Shown: in pieces, positions 51,673 through 63,528 of the stretch
Numbering within the stretch: the first letter of the stretch is position 1
How the letters are laid out: each line of letters begins with the position of its first letter
Source: Obrimoposthia wandeli
Taxonomy: Eukaryota
Length of the DNA: 64,000 bases
Assembly: GCA_977020255.1 (NCBI GenBank)
Contig: CDROCS010000506.1
Span: 2,046,001 to 2,110,000 of the forward strand
Reading direction: 5' to 3'
Notes under the pieces: model-generated
Database searches by the model: none
What the model was told of the DNA's origin: nothing
What the model saw: the letters and a program-made list of their open reading frames with translations, nothing else
Position numbers and translations under genes: made by a program

Positions 51673-53552
51673 GGTTAAGTGACTAAGCGTATACGGTGGA
51701 TGCCTAGGCAGTCAGAGGCGATGAAGGACGTGTTAATCTGCGTTAAGCTGTGGGGAGTTGATAAAAAGCGTTAATCCACAGATTTCCGAATGGGGAAACC
51801 CACCTTACTAAGTAAGGTATCGTTAAGTGAATACATAGCTTAACGAAGCGAACCGGGAGAACTGAAACATCTAAGTACCCCGAGGAAAAGAAATCAATAG
51901 AGATACCCTTAGTAGCGGCGAGCGAACGGGGTCTAGCCCTTAAGCAGTTTGGAAGTTAATGGAAGAATCTGGAAAGTTTCACGATACAGGGTGATAGTCC
52001 CGTACATGAAAACGACCTTACTGTGAAATCGAGTAGGACGGCACACGTGATATGCTGTTTGAATATGGGAGGACCATCTTCCAAGGCTAAATACTACTGA
52101 CTGACCGATAGTGAACCAGTACCGTGAGGGAAAGGCGAAAAGAACCCCTGTGAGGGGAGTGAAATAGAACCTGAAACCGTATACGTACAAGCAGTGGGAG
52201 CAGACTTGTTCTGTGACTGCGTACCTTTTGTATAATGGGTCAACGACTTAATTTCAGTAGCAAGGTTAAGCGAATAGCGGAGCCGTAGGGAAACCGAGTG
52301 TTAACTGCGCGAATAGTTGCTGGGATTAGACCCGAAACCCGGTGATCTAGCCATGGGCAGGTTGAAGGTTGAGTAACATCAACTGGAGGACCGAACCGAC
52401 TAATGTTGAAAAATTAGCGGATGACTTGTGGCTGGGGGTGAAAGGCCAATCAAACCGGGAGATAGCTGGTTCTCCTCGAAAGCTATTTAGGTAGCGCCTC
52501 GCGTCTAACTATTGGGGGTAGAGCACTGTTAAGGCTAGGGGTCATCCCGACTTACCAACCCTTTGCAAACTCCGAATACCAATAAGTTCAATCGCGGGAG
52601 ACACACGGCGGGTGCTAACGTCCGTCGTGGAAAGGGAAACAACCCAGACCGTCAGCTAAGGTCCCAAAGTGTATGTTAAGTGGGAAACGATGTGGAAAGG
52701 CTCAGACAGCCAGGAAGTTGGCTTAGAAGCAGCCATCTTTTAAAGAAAGCGTAATAGCTCACTGGTCGAGTCGGTCTGCGCGGAAGATTTAACGGGGCTA
52801 AACATACCACCGAAGCTACGGATGCAAGACTTGTTCTTGCATGGTAGAGGAGCGTTCTGTAAGCCGTTGAAGGTGAGTTGAGAAGCTTGCTGGAGGTATC
52901 AGAAGTGCGAATGTTGACATGAGTAACGATAATGGGGGTGAAAAACCTCCACGCCGAAAGACCAAGGGTTCCTGTCCAACGTTAATCGGGGCAGGGTGAG
53001 TCGACTCCTAAGGCGAGGCCGAAAGGCGTAGTCGATGGGAAACTGGTTAATATTCCAGTACTCGCTTATATTGCGATGGGGTGACGGAGAAGGTTAGGCT
53101 AGCATGGCGATGGTTGTCCATGTTTAAGGTAGTAGGCAAGTGACTTAGGCAAATCCGGGTCGCTCTCTTTAATGAGAATGCTGAGAACTGATGACGAGTC
53201 TCTACGGAGATGAAGTAGTTGATACCCGGCTTCCAGGAAAAACCTCTAAGCTTCAGATATGAGAGAATCGTACCCCAAACCGACACAGGTGGTTAGGTAG
53301 AGAATACTAAGGCGCTTGAGAGAACTCGGGTGAAGGAACTAGGCAAAATGGTACCGTAACTTCGGGAGAAGGTACGCCAATGATGGTGAAGGACTTGCTC
53401 CGTAAGCTATTGTTGGTCGCAGAGAAATGGTGGCTGCAACTGTTTATTAAAAACACAGCACTGTGCAAAATCGAAAGATGACGTATACGGTGTGACGCCT
53501 GCCCGGTGCCGGAAGGTTAATTGATTGGGTTAGACTTAGGTCGAAGCTCATG

Positions 53553-53650
<98 letters not shown>

Positions 53651-53908
53651 GGCCACGCTGTCTCCACCCGAGACTCAGTGAAATTGAAATCGCTGTTAAG
53701 ATGCAGTGTACCCGCGGCTAGACGGAAAGACCCCGTGAACCTTTACTATAGCTTGGCACTGAACATTGAACCTACATGTGTAGGATAGGTGGGAGACTGT
53801 GAAACATTGTCGCTAGATGATGTGGAGTCTACCTTGAAATACCACCCTTGTACGTTTGATGTTCTAACGTAGGTCCCTTATCGGGATTGCGGACAGTGTC
53901 TGGTGGGT

Positions 53909-53951
<43 letters not shown>

Positions 53952-54072
53952 ACGAAGGTTGGCTAAACATGGTTGGACATCATGTGGTTAGTGCAAAGGC
54001 ATAAGCCAGCTTAACTGCGAGACAGACACGTCGAGCAGGTACGAAAGTAGGTCTTAGTGATCCGGTGGTTCT

Positions 54073-54128
<56 letters not shown>

Positions 54129-54157
54129 ACCGCCCAAGAGTTCATATCGACGGCGGT

Positions 54158-54200
<43 letters not shown>

Positions 54201-54202
54201 TT

Positions 54203-54235
<33 letters not shown>

Positions 54236-54404
54236 TGGTACGCGAGCTGGGTTTAGAACGTCGTGAGACAGTTCGGTCCCTATCTGCCGTGGGCGTTTGA
54301 GAATTGAGAGGAGCTGCTCCTAGTACGAGAGGACCGGAGTGGACGAACCACTGGTGTTCGGGTTGTTATGCCAATAGCATTGCCCGGTAGCTAAGTTCGG
54401 AACT

Positions 54405-54435
<31 letters not shown>

Positions 54436-54572
54436 AGGCCTCGAGATGAGTTCTCACTGGAGCTTTAAGCTCCCTAAAGGGCCGTTGGAGACTACAACGT
54501 TGATAGGCAAGGTGTGTAAGTGCTGTGAGGCATTGAGCTAACTTGTACTAATTACCCGTGAGGCTTAACCAT
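51673..54572 (+). rRNA. rrl: 23S rRNA, copy 1
   Basis: GGTTAAGTGACTAAGCG start, sarcin-ricin loop AGTACGAGAGGACC and GAGGCTTAACC end. Confidence 0.98.
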
Positions 54573-54704
54573 ACAAATTAAAGTATGATTAATTGAAATA
54601 TCGACTTAAGAATAGATTGAACACTTTACGTTTTAAAGACTTCTTTATTTATAGCTTTTCAGATTAAAACGAAGTGAAAACTTCTATAGAAAGCAAACCA
54701 GATT

Positions 54705-54823
54705 TGCTTGGTGACCATAGTGTTGCGGTACCACCTGACTCCATTCCGAACTCAGTAGTGAAACGTAATAACGCCGATGGTAGTGTGGGGCTTCCCCATG
54801 TGAGAGTAGGGCATCGCCAAGCG
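54705..54823 (+). rRNA. rrf: 5S rRNA, copy 1
   Basis: TGCTTGG...CCGAACTCAG..GTGAAAC..CGCCGATGGTAGTG...CCAAGCG. Confidence 0.96.
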
Positions 54824-54836
54824 CCAAATTAGAATT

Positions 54837-54990
54837 AGCCGATATCAGTGATGATATCGGCTTTTTTGTGTCTAAAATTTACGGTTATGCGATAGCGTCC
54901 AGGCCTGTATGCTCATAAACGCAGAAAAGGGCAGACATCAGTCACGCTTAAAACGCCAGACAATAAAAAACCAGCCTACGGCTGGTTTTT
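54837..54990 (+). terminator. Tandem T1/T2 terminators of rrn operon 1
   Basis: AGCCGATATCA-GTGA-TGATATCGGCT+T run (54837-54867) and AAAAACCAGCC-TAC-GGCTGGTTTTT (54966-54990). Confidence 0.85.
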
Positions 54991-55458
54991 GTGTTTCTAG
55001 GCTTTGCTTAAATAAATATTATGCGCGAGCTATTCGTTTATACCGTTGTTATTTCAGTCGCCACTACTCGAATTCGCATGATAAAAGGTAGGCTTTTCGA
55101 CATAGTGATGAAAAGTGAGTTTTATTTGATGGATCTCAGCTGCCTCGGTAGTTCGTAGATGGTCATAAATAATGAGTGGTGTGTTTTTACATGGGTATTT
55201 TACCGCGCGCGCAGATCATATTGCATTTTACCTTTAGCACTTTATAGTGCATATTATTGGCAGCATCGATAGAACAGGACTACATTCATTGGGCTGAGGT
55301 GGTGTTTTGTTGAAATCACGGCTCAAACGCGGGTGCATTATGAATAACGTGAAACGCTGTAATAATCACCGTTCGTACGGAACGTGATCGTTAAATTACG
55401 TTTTATTGCTGGTTTTTTCGACGTTAGATATTAATTCAAGATCTGTGCATAAAAAGCA

Positions 55459-55657
55459 TTGCCAATGAGATCGAAATCTCTATAATGCGACCTCACTGAC
55501 ACGGCAACAGCCGCTAGGTAAGGTGTTTAAAAACGACTTAGGTTACTTTTTAAACGTCCTGAATAAAGCATCAATAGGTGCTTGACTTCGAAACTGGTTT
55601 GCGTAGAATACGCAGCCTGACTACGACGAAAGACGTCAAGGTCAACGCTCTTTAACA
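55459..55657 (+). promoter_or_regulatory. rrn operon 2 tandem promoters P1/P2 and boxA
   Basis: TTGCCA(55459)-16-TATAAT(55481); TTGACT(55582)-16-TAGAAT(55604); boxA GCTCTTTAACA ending at 55657. Confidence 0.82.
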
Positions 55658-55852
55658 ATTTATTCAAGCAATCTGTGTGAGCACTTGCAGAGATATAATG
55701 ACCAAATATTATATCAATGTAATTGTGAACATTAAATTAAATCGAAAGATTTGGTTTTATAAACAATGAACTTCGGTTTGTTGTTGAAGTACAGAATTCA
55801 TTGAGCCGACTTAATCGAATCTACTTGTAGATTGGGTTAGTCAAAAAACTTT

Positions 55853-56140
55853 TAATTGAAGAGTTTGATCATGGCTCAGATTGAACGCTGGCGGTAGGCT
55901 TAACACATGCAAGTCGAGCGGAAACGAAGAATAGCTTGCTATTCTGGCGTCGAGCGGCGGACGGGTGAGTAATGCTTGGGAATCTGCCTAGTCGAGGGGG
56001 ACAACAGTTGGAAACGACTGCTAATACCGCATACGACCTACGGGTGAAAGGGGGCCTCTTCTTGAAAGCTCTCGCGACTAGATGAGCCCAAGTGGGATTA
56101 GCTTGTTGGTGAGGTAAGAGCTCACCAAGGCGACGATCCC

Positions 56141-56223
<83 letters not shown>

Positions 56224-56351
56224 CACAATGGGCGAAAGCCTGATGCAGCCATACCGCGTGTATGAAGAAGGCCTTAGGGTTGTAAAGTACTTTCAGCGAG
56301 GAGGAAAGGTTAGCGATTAATACGTTGTTACTGTGACGTTACTCGCAGAAG

Positions 56352-56407
<56 letters not shown>

Positions 56408-56630
56408 ATCGGAATTACTGGGCGTAAAGCGCATGCAGGCGGTTTGTTAAGCGAGATGTGAAAGCCCCGGGCTCAACCTGGGAACTGCATTTCGAACTGG
56501 CAAACTAGAGTTCTTGAGAGGGTGGTAGAATTTCAGGTGTAGCGGTGAAATGCGTAGAGATCTGAAGGAATACCAGTGGCGAAGGCGGCCACCTGGCAAG
56601 TAACTGACGCTCAGATGCGAAAGCGTGGGT

Positions 56631-56664
<34 letters not shown>

Positions 56665-56770
56665 CGTAAACGATGTCTACTCGGAGTTTGGTTCCTTGCG
56701 AACTGGGCTCTTAAGCTAACGCATTAAGTAGACCGCCTGGGGAGTACGGCCGCAAGGTTAAAACTCAAAT

Positions 56771-56841
<71 letters not shown>

Positions 56842-56897
56842 CTCTTGACATCCACAGAATCTGGTAGAGATACCTCAGTGCCTTCGGGAACTGTGAG

Positions 56898-56929
<32 letters not shown>

Positions 56930-56935
56930 TGTGAA

Positions 56936-56971
<36 letters not shown>

Positions 56972-57011
56972 TCCTTATTTGCCAGCACGTAATGGTGGGA
57001 ACTCTAAGGAG

Positions 57012-57064
<53 letters not shown>

Positions 57065-57222
57065 CTTACGAGTAGGGCTACACACGTGCTACAATGGCGC
57101 ATACAAAGGGCTGCAAACCAGCGATGGTAAGCGAATCCCATAAAGTGCGTCGTAGTCCGGATTGGGGTCTGCAACTCGACCCCATGAAGTCGGAATCGCT
57201 AGTAATCGTGAATCAGAATGTC

Positions 57223-57276
<54 letters not shown>

Positions 57277-57397
57277 GGCTGCACCAGAAGTCATTAGCTT
57301 AACCTTCGGGAGGGCGATGACCACGGTGTGGTTCATGACTGGGGTGAAGTCGTAACAAGGTAGCCCTAGGGGAACCTGGGGCTGGATCACCTCCTTA
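55853..57397 (+). rRNA. rrs: 16S rRNA, copy 2
   Basis: Same universal motifs as copy 1, offset 5991 bp. Confidence 0.98.
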
Positions 57398-57666
57398 CGT
57401 AAAGTTGTTAATCTTTGTAAGTGCCCACACAAATTGCTTGAATAGAAAACGTTAAAGACGCGAGAAAGCAAAATTAAGTATCCGTACTTACTTTTGCTTT
57501 TTAGCAAATTGCTCTTTAAAAATTTGGAAAGCTGAATAAATAAAGAAGTTCTTAAAACACGTTATTACTTCGGTAATGACAATGAAGTGTTCTTGAGTAT
57601 TCTTGAGGCGAAAAAAACTAGATAATACCTAGTTATTTCAATTGTACGGTCTACTTTAGATTGTAT

Positions 57667-59547
57667 GGTTAAGTGACTAAGCGTATACGGTGGATGCCTA
57701 GGCAGTCAGAGGCGATGAAGGACGTGTTAATCTGCGTTAAGCTGTGGGGAGTTGATAAAAAGCGTTAATCCACAGATTTCCGAATGGGGAAACCCACCTT
57801 ACTAAGTAAGGTATCGTAACGTGAATACATAGCGTTACGAAGCGAACCGGGAGAACTGAAACATCTAAGTACCCCGAGGAAAAGAAATCAATAGAGATAC
57901 CCTTAGTAGCGGCGAGCGAACGGGGTCTAGCCCTTAAGCAGTTTGGAAGTTAATGGAAGAATCTGGAAAGTTTCACGATACAGGGTGATAGTCCCGTACA
58001 TGAAAACGACCTTACTGTGAAATCGAGTAGGACGGCACACGTGATATGCTGTTTGAATATGGGAGGACCATCTTCCAAGGCTAAATACTACTGACTGACC
58101 GATAGTGAACCAGTACCGTGAGGGAAAGGCGAAAAGAACCCCTGTGAGGGGAGTGAAATAGAACCTGAAACCGTATACGTACAAGCAGTGGGAGCAGACT
58201 TGTTCTGTGACTGCGTACCTTTTGTATAATGGGTCAACGACTTAATTTCAGTAGCAAGGTTAAGCGAATAGCGGAGCCGTAGGGAAACCGAGTGTTAACT
58301 GCGCGAATAGTTGCTGGGATTAGACCCGAAACCCGGTGATCTAGCCATGGGCAGGTTGAAGGTTGAGTAACATCAACTGGAGGACCGAACCGACTAATGT
58401 TGAAAAATTAGCGGATGACTTGTGGCTGGGGGTGAAAGGCCAATCAAACCGGGAGATAGCTGGTTCTCCTCGAAAGCTATTTAGGTAGCGCCTCGCGTCT
58501 AACTATTGGGGGTAGAGCACTGTTAAGGCTAGGGGGTCATCCCGACTTACCAACCCTTTGCAAACTCCGAATACCAATAAGTTCAATCGCGGGAGACACA
58601 CGGCGGGTGCTAACGTCCGTCGTGGAAAGGGAAACAACCCAGACCGTCAGCTAAGGTCCCAAAGTGTATGTTAAGTGGGAAACGATGTGGAAAGGCTCAG
58701 ACAGCCAGGAAGTTGGCTTAGAAGCAGCCATCTTTTAAAGAAAGCGTAATAGCTCACTGGTCGAGTCGGTCTGCGCGGAAGATTTAACGGGGCTAAACAT
58801 ACCACCGAAGCTACGGATGCAAGACTTGTTCTTGCATGGTAGAGGAGCGTTCTGTAAGCCGTTGAAGGTGAGTTGAGAAGCTTGCTGGAGGTATCAGAAG
58901 TGCGAATGTTGACATGAGTAACGATAATGGGGGTGAAAAACCTCCACGCCGAAAGACCAAGGGTTCCTGTCCAACGTTAATCGGGGCAGGGTGAGTCGAC
59001 TCCTAAGGCGAGGCCGAAAGGCGTAGTCGATGGGAAACTGGTTAATATTCCAGTACTCGCTTATATTGCGATGGGGTGACGGAGAAGGTTAGGCTAGCAT
59101 GGCGATGGTTGTCCATGTTTAAGGTAGTAGGCAAGTGACTTAGGCAAATCCGGGTCGCTCTCTTTAGTGAGAATGCTGAGAACTGATGACGAGTCTCTAC
59201 GGAGATGAAGTAGTTGATACCCGGCTTCCAGGAAAAACCTCTAAGCTTCAGATATGAGAGAATCGTACCCCAAACCGACACAGGTGGTTAGGTAGAGAAT
59301 ACTAAGGCGCTTGAGAGAACTCGGGTGAAGGAACTAGGCAAAATGGTACCGTAACTTCGGGAGAAGGTACGCCAATGATGGTGAAGGACTTGCTCCGTAA
59401 GCTATTGTTGGTCGCAGAGAAATGGTGGCTGCAACTGTTTATTAAAAACACAGCACTGTGCAAAATCGAAAGATGACGTATACGGTGTGACGCCTGCCCG
59501 GTGCCGGAAGGTTAATTGATTGGGTTAGACTTAGGTCGAAGCTCATG

Positions 59548-59645
<98 letters not shown>

Positions 59646-59903
59646 GGCCACGCTGTCTCCACCCGAGACTCAGTGAAATTGAAATCGCTGTTAAGATGCA
59701 GTGTACCCGCGGCTAGACGGAAAGACCCCGTGAACCTTTACTATAGCTTGGCACTGAACATTGAACCTACATGTGTAGGATAGGTGGGAGACTGTGAAAC
59801 ATTGTCGCTAGATGATGTGGAGTCTACCTTGAAATACCACCCTTGTACGTTTGATGTTCTAACGTAGGCCCCTTATCGGGGTTGCGGACAGTGTCTGGTG
59901 GGT

Positions 59904-59946
<43 letters not shown>

Positions 59947-60067
59947 ACGAAGGTTGGCTAAACATGGTTGGACATCATGTGGTTAGTGCAAAGGCATAAG
60001 CCAGCTTAACTGCGAGACAGACACGTCGAGCAGGTACGAAAGTAGGTCTTAGTGATCCGGTGGTTCT

Positions 60068-60123
<56 letters not shown>

Positions 60124-60152
60124 ACCGCCCAAGAGTTCATATCGACGGCGGT

Positions 60153-60195
<43 letters not shown>

Positions 60196-60197
60196 TT

Positions 60198-60230
<33 letters not shown>

Positions 60231-60399
60231 TGGTACGCGAGCTGGGTTTAGAACGTCGTGAGACAGTTCGGTCCCTATCTGCCGTGGGCGTTTGAGAATT
60301 GAAAGGAGCTGCTCCTAGTACGAGAGGACCGGAGTGGACGAACCACTGGTGTTCGGGTTGTTATGCCAATAGCATTGCCCGGTAGCTAAGTTCGGAACT

Positions 60400-60430
<31 letters not shown>

Positions 60431-60567
60431 AGGCCTTGAGATGAGTTCTCACTGGAGCTTTAAGCTCCCTAAAGGGCCGTTGGAGACTACAACGTTGATA
60501 GGCAAGGTGTGTAAGTGCTGTGAGGCATTGAGCTAACTTGTACTAATTACCCGTGAGGCTTAACCAT
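57667..60567 (+). rRNA. rrl: 23S rRNA, copy 2
   Basis: Same landmarks as copy 1. Confidence 0.98.
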
Positions 60568-60700
60568 ACAAATTAAAGTATGATTAATTGAAATATCGAC
60601 TTAAGAATAGATTGAACACTTTATGTTTTAAAGACTTCTTTATTTATAGCTTTTCAGATTTAAAACGAAGTGAAAACTTCTATAGAAAGCAAACCAGATT

Positions 60701-60819
60701 TGCTTGGTGACCATAGTGTTGCGGTACCACCTGACTCCATTCCGAACTCAGTAGTGAAACGTAATAACGCCGATGGTAGTGTGGGGCTTCCCCATGTGAG
60801 AGTAGGGCATCGCCAAGCG
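60701..60819 (+). rRNA. rrf: 5S rRNA, copy 2
   Basis: Reads the same as copy 1. Confidence 0.96.
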
Positions 60820-60832
60820 CCAAATTAGAATT

Positions 60833-60992
60833 AGCCGATATCGTGATGATATCGGCTTTTTTGTGTCTGAAATTTAGGACGCGGTATGATGATGGGCGGT
60901 TCAGATGACAGTTATCATTAAAAATAGAGCGTTAAGGCGCGATGCGCGCTCGCTTGACAGCCAATAAAAAACCAGCCTATGGCTGGTTTTTT
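60833..60992 (+). terminator. Tandem T1/T2 terminators of rrn operon 2
   Basis: AGCCGATATC-GTGAT-GATATCGGCT+T run (60833-60862) and AAAAAACCAGCC-TAT-GGCTGGTTTTTT (60966-60992). Confidence 0.85.
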
Positions 60993-61331
60993 GGTATTTG
61001 AGCCGCTTTGAAATGAAATGATGCGCGATTGTTTATGTCGATGTTCAACTGATTGCTGGCCAGGTATTGTGATGCTGATTTTTAAGTTTTGGAGTCGATG
61101 GGTAAAATACTGACTGGCTAAGAGGTCTTTATTTTACCGATTTGTTGGCGTTATTGCGCTATCAGCACTAAATTGAATAGGCTGAGTGCCCATTTTTAAG
61201 CATTGTTAGCGGGCTTGTTGCGTGAAACGCTGTAATAATCACCGTTCGTACGGAACGTGATCGTTAAATTACGTTTTATCGCTGGTTTTTTCTGCGTTAA
61301 ATATTAAATCAATGATTGTGCATAAAATGCA

Positions 61332-61481
61332 TTGCCAAGGTGAGCTAAATCCCTATAATGCATCCCACTGACACGGCAACAGCCGCTCGGTAAGGTGTTT
61401 AAAAACAACCTCGGTTACTTTTTAAGCGTCCTGAATAAAGCATCAATAGGTGCTTGACTTCGAATTTGGTTTGCGTAGAAT
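61332..61481 (+). promoter_or_regulatory. rrn operon 3 tandem promoters P1/P2
   Basis: TTGCCA(61332)-16-TATAAT(61354); TTGACT(61454)-16-TAGAAT(61476). Confidence 0.82.
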
Positions 61482-61714
61482 ACGCAGCCTGACTACGACG
61501 AAAGACGTCTAAGTCAACGCTCTTTAACAATTTATTCAAGCAATCTGTGTGAGCACTTGCAGAGGTATAATGACCAAATATTATATCAATGCAATTGTGA
61601 ACATTAAATTAAATCGAAAGATTTGGTTTTATAAACAACAAGCTTCGGTTTGTTGTTGAAGTACAGAATTCATTGAGCCGACTTGGCTGCTTAGGCAGTC
61701 AGTCAAAAAACTTT

Positions 61715-62002
61715 TAATTGAAGAGTTTGATCATGGCTCAGATTGAACGCTGGCGGTAGGCTTAACACATGCAAGTCGAGCGGAAACGAAGAATAGCTTG
61801 CTATTCTGGCGTCGAGCGGCGGACGGGTGAGTAATGCTTGGGAATCTGCCTAGTCGAGGGGGACAACAGTTGGAAACGACTGCTAATACCGCATACGACC
61901 TACGGGTGAAAGGGGGCCTCTTCTTGAAAGCTCCCGCGACTAGATGAGCCCAAGTGGGATTAGCTTGTTGGTGAGGTAAGAGCTCACCAAGGCGACGATC
62001 CC

Positions 62003-62085
<83 letters not shown>

Positions 62086-62213
62086 CACAATGGGCGAAAG
62101 CCTGATGCAGCCATACCGCGTGTATGAAGAAGGCCTTAGGGTTGTAAAGTACTTTCAGCGAGGAGGAAAGGGTATTGCTTAATACGTAATATCTGTGACG
62201 TTACTCGCAGAAG

Positions 62214-62269
<56 letters not shown>

Positions 62270-62492
62270 ATCGGAATTACTGGGCGTAAAGCGCATGCAG
62301 GCGGTTTGTTAAGCGAGATGTGAAAGCCCCGGGCTCAACCTGGGAACTGCATTTCGAACTGGCAAACTAGAGTTCTTGAGAGGGTGGTAGAATTTCAGGT
62401 GTAGCGGTGAAATGCGTAGAGATCTGAAGGAATACCAGTGGCGAAGGCGGCCACCTGGCAAGTAACTGACGCTCAGATGCGAAAGCGTGGGT

Positions 62493-62526
<34 letters not shown>

Positions 62527-62632
62527 CGTAAACGATGTCTACTCGGAGTTTGGTTCCTTGCGAACTGGGCTCTTAAGCTAACGCATTAAGTAGACCGCCT
62601 GGGGAGTACGGCCGCAAGGTTAAAACTCAAAT

Positions 62633-62703
<71 letters not shown>

Positions 62704-62759
62704 CTCTTGACATCCACAGAATCTGGTAGAGATACCTCAGTGCCTTCGGGAACTGTGAG

Positions 62760-62791
<32 letters not shown>

Positions 62792-62797
62792 TGTGAA

Positions 62798-62833
<36 letters not shown>

Positions 62834-62873
62834 TCCTTATTTGCCAGCACGTAATGGTGGGAACTCTAAGGAG

Positions 62874-62926
<53 letters not shown>

Positions 62927-63084
62927 CTTACGAGTAGGGCTACACACGTGCTACAATGGCGCATACAAAGGGCTGCAAACCAGCGATGGTAAGCGAATCC
63001 CATAAAGTGCGTCGTAGTCCGGATTGGGGTCTGCAACTCGACCCCATGAAGTCGGAATCGCTAGTAATCGTGAATCAGAATGTC

Positions 63085-63138
<54 letters not shown>

Positions 63139-63259
63139 GGCTGCACCAGAAGTCATTAGCTTAACCTTCGGGAGGGCGATGACCACGGTGTGGTTCATGA
63201 CTGGGGTGAAGTCGTAACAAGGTAGCCCTAGGGGAACCTGGGGCTGGATCACCTCCTTA
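61715..63259 (+). rRNA. rrs: 16S rRNA, copy 3
   Basis: Same universal motifs, offset 5862 bp from copy 2. Confidence 0.98.
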
Positions 63260-63528
63260 CGTAAAGTTGTTAATCTTTGTAAGTGCCCACACAAATTGCT
63301 TGAATAGAAAACGTTAAAGACGCGAGAAAGCAAAATTAAGTATCCGTACTTACTTTTGCTTTTTAGCAAATTGCTCTTTAAAAATTTGGAAAGCTGAATA
63401 AATAAAGAAGTTCTTAAAACACGTTATTACTTCGGTAATGACAATGAAGTGTTCTTGAGTATTCTTGAGGCGAAAAAAACTAGATAATACCTAGTTATTT
63501 CAATTGTACGGTCTACTTTAGATTGTAT

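Noticed and set aside
54909-55091. 60-aa ORF in the first inter-operon spacer
   Set aside because: It runs through the T2 terminator hairpin, has no RBS or motif, and has no counterpart in the second spacer.
55370-55384. CGTTCGTACGGAACG as a possible parS
   Set aside because: It is one base short and lacks the CACGTG core; treated instead as part of the shared upstream block.
49878-63369. Repeated 60-102 aa ORFs (MADHPLRP.., MKCWVKSR.., MAHTKGCK.., MLPTLSHL.., MYVYGFRF.., MSVWGTIL..)
   Set aside because: They lie within 16S/23S rRNA genes and recur only because the rRNA is repeated.
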